In this document: positions 16,858 through 22,922 of the stretch, one piece after another | How the letters are laid out: each line of letters starts with the position of its first letter | How positions within the stretch are numbered: the first letter of the stretch is position 1 | NCBI GenBank assembly: GCA_964427405.1 | Contig: CAYRUB010000011.1 | Span: 1-52,495, forward strand | Source: an uncultured Planctomycetales bacterium | GTDB taxonomy: Bacteria > Omnitrophota > Gorgyraeia > Gygaellales > Profunditerraquicolaceae | Direction of reading: 5' to 3' | DNA: 52,495 bases | Position numbers and translations under genes: made by a program | The notes under the pieces: generated by a model | Database searches by the model: none | Told to the model about the DNA's origin: nothing | The model's input: only the letters and a program-made list of their open reading frames with translations

Positions 16858-17628
16858 TTATTCACTTGTCCCTGCCCTTGTTTCTTCTACATCAAGATTA
16901 AGGCCAAGAAATTCCTGATTTGTCGGAAGGCTTAAATAAAAATCCGCAGTCTCATCAATTTCAATTTTAACTCTGGATGCCTGAAAATCCAGTAAATGCC
17001 CGCCGCTTCTTCTGTCTGCGCTAATAAAATGCAGGTGATAACCGCCAACACTAAAACTTTTGGAATATTCCGGAGAACGAAAACCCACTATAGTTCCCTT
17101 TATATTATGGAACTCAAATACTTTTTGCTCTTTAACTGCCTGATCAAGCCCTGGATACGGCTTAGCTTGTTTAGGCACGCTTCTGGTCTTCACATATTTA
17201 AACAGGCCGCTAATTTTTACTGCATAGAAAATATTTCTAGAGGACAACAATTTATCCAAATACCGGCTTAGATCCGCATAACTTAATTCATTAGCAACAG
17301 TGAATGTTTGATCGGTATCAAAAAAGGTTACCTGCGCAAAAGGAATCCCTTTAGCCTTATTCACCAAATGAACACGGCCATCAACCTTAACCTGATAGAA
17401 CAGACCATCCAGTGCCACCATTTCTCCTTCCAAGCCCTGGAATGTCCCCAAACCAAAATTCCCATGTTCCTTAAGCTCGCAAAGTGTTATCTGCCCATCA
17501 TAATCACCGGCAGAAAGCGCCTGAATAGTGGATGTCTGATAAAGAACCTCTCTCTTCGGCAGATGGCTACACCCAAACAAAGAAAATACAAGAATTACCA
17601 AAAATAGGGATGATTTACTTACTAGCAT
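16858..17628 (-). CDS. budA: alpha-acetolactate decarboxylase with a lipoprotein-type signal peptide
   Basis: The ..YQTSTIQALSAGDYDG..GLGTFQGLEGEMVALDG..YQV.. and ..GGYHLHFIS.. segments are acetolactate decarboxylase signatures. The N-terminus MLVSKSSLFLVILVFSLFGCS has a lipobox-like L-F-G-C. Confidence 0.8.
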   Translation of the reverse strand: MLVSKSSLFLVILVFSLFGCSHLPKREVLYQTSTIQALSAGDYDGQITLCELKEHGNFGLGTFQGLEGEMVALDGLFYQVKVDGRVHLVNKAKGIPFAQVTFFDTDQTFTVANELSYADLSRYLDKLLSSRNIFYAVKISGLFKYVKTRSVPKQAKPYPGLDQAVKEQKVFEFHNIKGTIVGFRSPEYSKSFSVGGYHLHFISADRRSGGHLLDFQASRVKIEIDETADFYLSLPTNQEFLGLNLDVEETRAGTSE

Positions 17629-18352
17629 GGTTTAAAGTAGCAGCGGCCTCAATCTTCTGGCGTATAGTATCTCTAAGCAAAACAAAATCTCCGGGGCCAA
17701 ACCCATCAGTCTCTACTGCCGGCAACACAATAAGCTTGACCGAAACCTTAGTCTTAAAAATCCAACTACCCTTAGGAATCGCATCACGCGTGCCGATTAA
17801 ACAAATTGGCAGAATTGGCTTCTTCTCTTTAATCGCCAGCTTAAAAGCCCCGTTTTGAAATTCATTCATCTTATCGCTGGTGCTGCGCGTGCCTTCCGGA
17901 AAAAATAAAACGGACATATCTTTTCGCAGCCACTGACTTGCCTGATGGTAAATCTCTTTTATGCTTGAAAAGTCTCCACGCAAGAGCCTGATATGTTTGA
18001 TCAATCCCAAACACCAGCCGATAAAAGGAACCTTGAACAAACTTGCCTTGGCTACCCACTTAAATTGCATCTTGGTCTGATAAAGCACCACGATGTCAGC
18101 CATACTCTGGTGGTTAGAAATCACCACATAAGTTCTTTTGTGATTAATATTCTCAAGCCCGCTTACCCTTACATTCCAATAAGGGTTTAAGCTAATCACG
18201 GCATCTGACCACCAAAAACACTGCGCATGGGTGACTTTCTTATTCTTATCGAAAGGAAAAAGCAGGATATTTAAGACAAAAACCACAAAGAAAAGCAGAA
18301 TAGTCAATAACCCGCTACCCAACCAAATTCCTATAGAAATAATTGCCTTCAT
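17615..18352 (-). CDS. plsC: 1-acyl-sn-glycerol-3-phosphate acyltransferase
   Basis: It has the H-x4-D motif (NHQSMADI) and FPEGTRS, plus an N-terminal TM helix. Confidence 0.85.
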   Translation of the reverse strand: MKAIISIGIWLGSGLLTILLFFVVFVLNILLFPFDKNKKVTHAQCFWWSDAVISLNPYWNVRVSGLENINHKRTYVVISNHQSMADIVVLYQTKMQFKWVAKASLFKVPFIGWCLGLIKHIRLLRGDFSSIKEIYHQASQWLRKDMSVLFFPEGTRSTSDKMNEFQNGAFKLAIKEKKPILPICLIGTRDAIPKGSWIFKTKVSVKLIVLPAVETDGFGPGDFVLLRDTIRQKIEAAATLNHASK

Positions 18353-18363
18353 ACTCTTATCTG

Positions 18364-18392
18364 ACTATAGCCCAAATAGGAGGGCTTGTCAA
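18364..18392 (-). promoter_or_regulatory. sigma70-type promoter of plsC (very short leader)
   Basis: On the minus strand, TTGACA (18392..18387) is followed by a 17-nt spacer and TATAGT (18369..18364). The ATG at 18352 is 11 nt past the -10 and there is no clear SD. Confidence 0.55.
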
Positions 18393-18447
18393 ACTTTTAG
18401 TTACTGCTTAATGAACCTGTAAATTTCAGAGTATATCTTTAGCGTAT

Positions 18448-18595
18448 GGTTTGGCTTGTTTCTAAGCAGGGCGTTTGCAGGCCGAGCGGGCAAGGTCCCG
18501 CCACCACTATTGCTTTGCGGGGAGCGAGGCCGAAACCCGAGCGAAGTTTGACACGCTGGGGCAAACAAGCGTCCCTGCGTGAAACAAGACAAGAC
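18448..18595. ncRNA. candidate structured RNA of unknown class (strand unresolved, plus slightly favoured by G-U pairs)
   Basis: This is a GC-rich island in AT-rich flanks. Three closing helices are 18455-62/18581-88, 18466-71/18573-78 and 18473-78/18561-66. They enclose two hairpins, GCGGG-caaggt-CCCGC and CTTTGC..GGG/CCC..GCGAAG. There is no plausible ORF. Confidence 0.4.
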
Positions 18596-18622
18596 AGACG
18601 CGTGGTGATTGGATCAACTGGA

Positions 18623-21535
18623 TTACCGGATTACCGCATGCGGGCAGATTTGATTATAGGCGCAATAGGTGCAGGCCTTGTATTCGGGCTTAGCCGGATA
18701 ATTCTGCTGGCGGATTCCCGCGGAAACCTCCAAAATATCCTCTTTCACGTCATCTAAATCACCTTCAGTAAGTTCATACCTGCCAATAATCCCTGACTCC
18801 AAAAAGTATAGTTCTACCGCAATCGGAAAAATCCCGAATACATGCTGATACGCCAAGGCATAAAGCGCAAGCTGTTTGCTTTCCTTAACCCGTTTATCCG
18901 CATCCTTCTGGGTCTTAATCGCTGAAGTCTTGAAATCCATAATTACCGCGCCATCCTCCTCCATATCTATACGATCAAACCTGCCGGTAATCTTATTATC
19001 CCCGATTACAAAAGAAAAATCTTTTTCTATAAACTTGGGGATTGACTTGTGGCTTTCTTCATCCTTATAAAATCTGGCTAAGGCCTCCCTACCGATACGA
19101 AAACGCTCCTCCTGATGGCTGGTATCAAGAAATCCCTGGGGATCAAAATTAGCTTCAAAACAATCCAAAATTTCATTCATAGCAACTTTATCGCCGTTAA
19201 GCTTACGCAACAGGTATTGGCTGACTGCCTCATGCATTGCCCGTCCGTAGATAACCGTATGATGCTCCATAATCGGCACACGCAGGATATTTACATATTT
19301 GTATTTTAAAGGACAGGTAAGATAGTCATCGATTTGATAATAGCTTAAACTGACCAACTTATCCTCCGGGATCTTTTGAGGGGCGGATTTAGGCAACTCT
19401 TTTGCCGGGGCAAAACGCTTAATACTCTCAATGGCGGCGGTTTTTTTCTTTTCAGTGCCTTCTCCGGGATGTTTACCCAAAGCCTCAAGCACAAACTGGC
19501 TTACCTTACGTAACCGCTTGCCTCCATAATCTTCGGCACTGGTTAAATATAATTCTTCTTTGGCCCGGGTCATCCCTACATAAAAAAGCCGGCGCTCCTC
19601 CTGAACATGAAAATCTCCCGTAGGAAGAACCTCCTTGATCAAGGCATCAGGCAATTCAATTTGCTGAGAGCGCCTGGGAAGCGGAAACTTTCCCTGCACC
19701 AGGCTGACTAAGAATACCACCCTAAATTCCAAACCCTTAGCTTTATGTATGGTTAAAATATTTACCGCGTCCTGGTCCAGGTCTGCTTCAACTGTCGGCG
19801 GGTCATCTCCCGACTCGATGAGCAAATTAAGATGCCTGATAAAACTAATTACTCTATCCTCTTTAGCTACCAGCTCAAAATCGCGCACCTGGTTAAAAAA
19901 CTTAGCGATATTCTGAATCTTAGTTTCTTTTTCTAAGCTGGGATTATGCGTCAGGAATTTAAGATAACCCGTATCAGTAAGAAAGCTATAAAGCAACCTG
20001 CCGGTTGTCTCATCGCGAGAAATCTGCAAAAATTTCTCAATATCCGCAAGTACCTGCCTTATCTTTTCCTTGGTCTCATCCTTTAACTGGCCTAACTCCG
20101 GAATCTGCTCTAAATTACTAAATACATCATAAAGCGAACGGTTTCTCCGGCGACTAAAATGATTACATAATGTTAAATCCGCCAGATTAACTTTATAAAC
20201 CTCAGAGCTCACTAAATAATACAAACTTAAAGAATCTGAAGGATTGGCAATTACGCGCAGAAAATTAATGCACAACTTGACCTCTTCCCGTCCATATAGC
20301 CCCTGATTACCGCTAAACTGCCAGGGAATATTCTGCATATTTAACGACTGGATAAAACCCTGGGCATCAGAATTAGAACGCACGAGAATGGCAAAATCCC
20401 TATACTTAAACTTACCTAGACTTACTTTATCTTGTATAATCTTACTTACATTATCAGTTTCGGCTGAATGGGTATCAAAGTGTAAATGAGCAGGTTTTGA
20501 GCCCCCTTTGGTTAAACCAATAAGGTGCTTGTCAATCTTTGCTTTTACCTCAAAACGCTCCGGATTATTATATTGGATTAATTGATAAGAACTATCCAGG
20601 ATAGGTTGAGTGGAACGGTAATTCTGGATCAAGGTAATCTTCTCTGCCTTAGGATACTCCTCTATAAAATTAAGCACATTGCTATAGGCAGCCCCACGCC
20701 AACGGTAAATACACTGATCATCATCTGCGACTACGGTTATATTCTTAACTACACCTGCCAAAAGTTTCACAATCTGAAATTGCGCGAAATTCGTATCCTG
20801 GAATTCATCCACCAAAATATATTTAAATTGTTTTTGATAATTTTGTAGAACCAAGGGATGTTCGCGCAAAAGTTGCAGGCTTAAATAAAATTGATTGCCG
20901 AAATCAACCAGGCCTTCTTTAGCTAAAAGCTCCTGGTATTTAACGTAAGCGACTGCCACTTCCATCTGCTGCACTGCCAGCTCTTCATTGGCCTTATCTT
21001 CTAGATTAGCCTTAGCCTGAATCAGAAAATCCTGGGCATATTTTAAATATTCTCTTGCTGAAATATCTTCATCTTTTGCCCGGCTGAAAAATGAAATCAG
21101 CGCTTCAATAAAACGCGTGGGTTCAGATAACGGCCGGTAATAATTAAGCGTGAACTCAAAAAGATGTTCCCGGAAGAATACCGCGGCCTCTGGCTGAGCA
21201 AGTACCTTAAAATCCGGGTTCAAACCGGCAACTAAAGCATTCTCGCGCAGGAGGCGGTCACCAAAAGCGTGAAAAGTAGAGATCCAAATATCCGTGTAAC
21301 CATAAGGCATCAGGATATCCACCCTCTCCTGCATCTCTTTAGCCGCTTTATCCGTAAAGGTAAGCGCTAAAATTTCATCGGTCTTTGCCAGGCCCTGGTT
21401 AATCAACCAGCCAATACGCTGCGTAATCACCCTGGTCTTGCCTGTGCCCGCTCCGGCGATAATCAAAAGCGGGCCGTCACCATGCTTAACCGCCTGCACC
21501 TGCTCTTTATTTAATCCCTCTAAAACTTTATCCAT
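18623..21535 (-). CDS. UvrD/PcrA-family SF1 helicase fused to a C-terminal PD-(D/E)XK (RecB/Cas4-like, 4-Cys) nuclease domain
   Basis: Helicase motifs are present: AGAGTGKT, ILVDEFQDTN, QNYRST and VGMTRAKEELYL. The C-terminus has CPLKYKY, GRFDRID..MDFKT, QLALYALAY and CTYCAYNQIC, that is, a nuclease core plus Cys cluster. Confidence 0.85.
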   Translation of the reverse strand: MDKVLEGLNKEQVQAVKHGDGPLLIIAGAGTGKTRVITQRIGWLINQGLAKTDEILALTFTDKAAKEMQERVDILMPYGYTDIWISTFHAFGDRLLRENALVAGLNPDFKVLAQPEAAVFFREHLFEFTLNYYRPLSEPTRFIEALISFFSRAKDEDISAREYLKYAQDFLIQAKANLEDKANEELAVQQMEVAVAYVKYQELLAKEGLVDFGNQFYLSLQLLREHPLVLQNYQKQFKYILVDEFQDTNFAQFQIVKLLAGVVKNITVVADDDQCIYRWRGAAYSNVLNFIEEYPKAEKITLIQNYRSTQPILDSSYQLIQYNNPERFEVKAKIDKHLIGLTKGGSKPAHLHFDTHSAETDNVSKIIQDKVSLGKFKYRDFAILVRSNSDAQGFIQSLNMQNIPWQFSGNQGLYGREEVKLCINFLRVIANPSDSLSLYYLVSSEVYKVNLADLTLCNHFSRRRNRSLYDVFSNLEQIPELGQLKDETKEKIRQVLADIEKFLQISRDETTGRLLYSFLTDTGYLKFLTHNPSLEKETKIQNIAKFFNQVRDFELVAKEDRVISFIRHLNLLIESGDDPPTVEADLDQDAVNILTIHKAKGLEFRVVFLVSLVQGKFPLPRRSQQIELPDALIKEVLPTGDFHVQEERRLFYVGMTRAKEELYLTSAEDYGGKRLRKVSQFVLEALGKHPGEGTEKKKTAAIESIKRFAPAKELPKSAPQKIPEDKLVSLSYYQIDDYLTCPLKYKYVNILRVPIMEHHTVIYGRAMHEAVSQYLLRKLNGDKVAMNEILDCFEANFDPQGFLDTSHQEERFRIGREALARFYKDEESHKSIPKFIEKDFSFVIGDNKITGRFDRIDMEEDGAVIMDFKTSAIKTQKDADKRVKESKQLALYALAYQHVFGIFPIAVELYFLESGIIGRYELTEGDLDDVKEDILEVSAGIRQQNYPAKPEYKACTYCAYNQICPHAVIR

Positions 21536-21542
21536 AAATAAC

Positions 21543-22583
21543 TTAATCTCTATTAATAAAGTGGATCATTTCACAGAGCCTGCCAAAATCCCGCATGTTA
21601 AAATTCATTACTAACCTGGGTAACTTAAGAAACTCTCCTTCCTGGATCTCTTTGCTCGTAGGAGGAGAAACCATGACTTCACCGCTAATTAAAATATCTT
21701 TAAATTTTTTATTTATAAGCTTTAGCGTCTTTTCGGAAATCTCCCTGTTTAACCTTAAAACAGCCAAACCCGAAACATATCTTATTGAGTGGTATACCCT
21801 GTAAAAATCCTCAATATATTTGACTGCCGCATCAACAGACTTTACGATATGGATAAGATTAAGATCTTCTTTTTTAATAAACCCATTCCTGACTAATTGT
21901 CTCTTTACAAAATTCATCCACGTAGCCCAATAAGTTGAGCCTCTTGGCTCCATTAAAACTATTGGCCGGGGCCGGGACTTACCGGTTTGTACCAAAGTAA
22001 TCATTTCAAAACCTTCATCAAGCGTGCCAAAGCCACCCGGAAAAAGTGCGGTTGCGTCAGTCTCTTTTACGAAAATAAGTTTTCGGGTAAAAAAATACTT
22101 AAAGTTAATCAGTTTTTCTTTTTCATCAATATACGGATTTGGCTTCTGCTCAAAAGGCAGCCGGATGTTTAAAGCAAAATCTTTGCCGCTTCCGGCGCCC
22201 TTATTACCTGCCTCCATTACACCGGGGCCGCCTCCGGTTACAATCATATAACCTTTTTCAGAAAGCTTACGGGAAAACTCTTCAGCCATCTTATATTCGG
22301 CTGAATTAATCCTTGATCTGGCTGAGCCAAAGATGATTACTTTCTTAATCGCCCTATAAGGAGAAAAAATCTTAAAAGAATAACGCAGCTCCTTTAGCGC
22401 GTTATTTACAAGCTTAAGGTCTCCTTTATCGCCAGACTCTTTGCCCAACTTAATAGTAGTTGTTAATATTTCACGCAATAAATTTTCGGTTTCAACAGAT
22501 CCGGACAATTTAACAAGCTCGCTTATTAAGCTATCTATAGCCTGGTCCCCAACTTCGTAATCTCTTGAAATCTTTTCCATCAT
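21543..22583 (-). CDS. LOG-family (TIGR00730-type) Rossmann-fold nucleotide-binding protein / putative nucleotide 5'-monophosphate nucleosidase, with N- and C-terminal extensions
   Basis: It has ..IIFGSAR.., ..TGGGPGVMEAGNKGA.. and the PGGFGTLDE motif. It overlaps the yciH stop in an ATGA junction. Confidence 0.8.
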   Translation of the reverse strand: MMEKISRDYEVGDQAIDSLISELVKLSGSVETENLLREILTTTIKLGKESGDKGDLKLVNNALKELRYSFKIFSPYRAIKKVIIFGSARSRINSAEYKMAEEFSRKLSEKGYMIVTGGGPGVMEAGNKGAGSGKDFALNIRLPFEQKPNPYIDEKEKLINFKYFFTRKLIFVKETDATALFPGGFGTLDEGFEMITLVQTGKSRPRPIVLMEPRGSTYWATWMNFVKRQLVRNGFIKKEDLNLIHIVKSVDAAVKYIEDFYRVYHSIRYVSGLAVLRLNREISEKTLKLINKKFKDILISGEVMVSPPTSKEIQEGEFLKLPRLVMNFNMRDFGRLCEMIHFINRD

Positions 22584-22921
22584 TTAAAAAAACCAAGCTT
22601 GCGCAATTCCTGCGCTGCCTGCTCGCGAAAATCGCCCTGTAACTCAATAGTATAATCTTTAACCGAACCGCCTGTGCCAAAGCCCTGTTTTAATTTCTTT
22701 GCTAAATCCAAAAGCCCGGATTCACTTAAAGCTAAACCGGTAATCAGTGTCATCCCCTTACCTTTACGCGCCTTAGCCTCATAACGCAAGCGCACAACGC
22801 CATTAGTACTGGGCACAACCGCCTTCTTCATATCCCGGCACACACAGCTACCAATCACTTTTCCGCATCCCGGGCAAATTGACCCCTGCAAAGTAGAGTA
22901 CACTAAATTAGAATTCAACAT
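22580..22921 (-). CDS. yciH: SUI1/eIF1-family translation initiation factor-like protein YciH
   Basis: The 113-aa protein has an N-terminal CPGCG..C-x-C knuckle followed by ..VRLRYEAKARKGKGMTLITGL....ELQGDFRE..L..LGF. Confidence 0.85.
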   Translation of the reverse strand: MLNSNLVYSTLQGSICPGCGKVIGSCVCRDMKKAVVPSTNGVVRLRYEAKARKGKGMTLITGLALSESGLLDLAKKLKQGFGTGGSVKDYTIELQGDFREQAAQELRKLGFFK

Positions 22922-22922
22922 A

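Noticed and set aside
18486-18510. The segment GGTCCCGCCACCACT resembles the cobalamin-riboswitch B12-box region (..CCCGCCACTG..).
   Set aside because: The other conserved blocks (GGTGAAAATCC-type, AGGGAA) are absent on either strand. No gene lies downstream in the plus orientation, and on the minus strand a complete promoter separates the element from plsC.
18401-18757. ORFs at 18401-18592 (minus) and 18446-18757 (plus) cover the GC-rich element.
   Set aside because: They are Arg/Gly/Pro/Ser-rich translations driven by GC-rich structured DNA, with no SD. The plus ORF runs antisense into the helicase gene.
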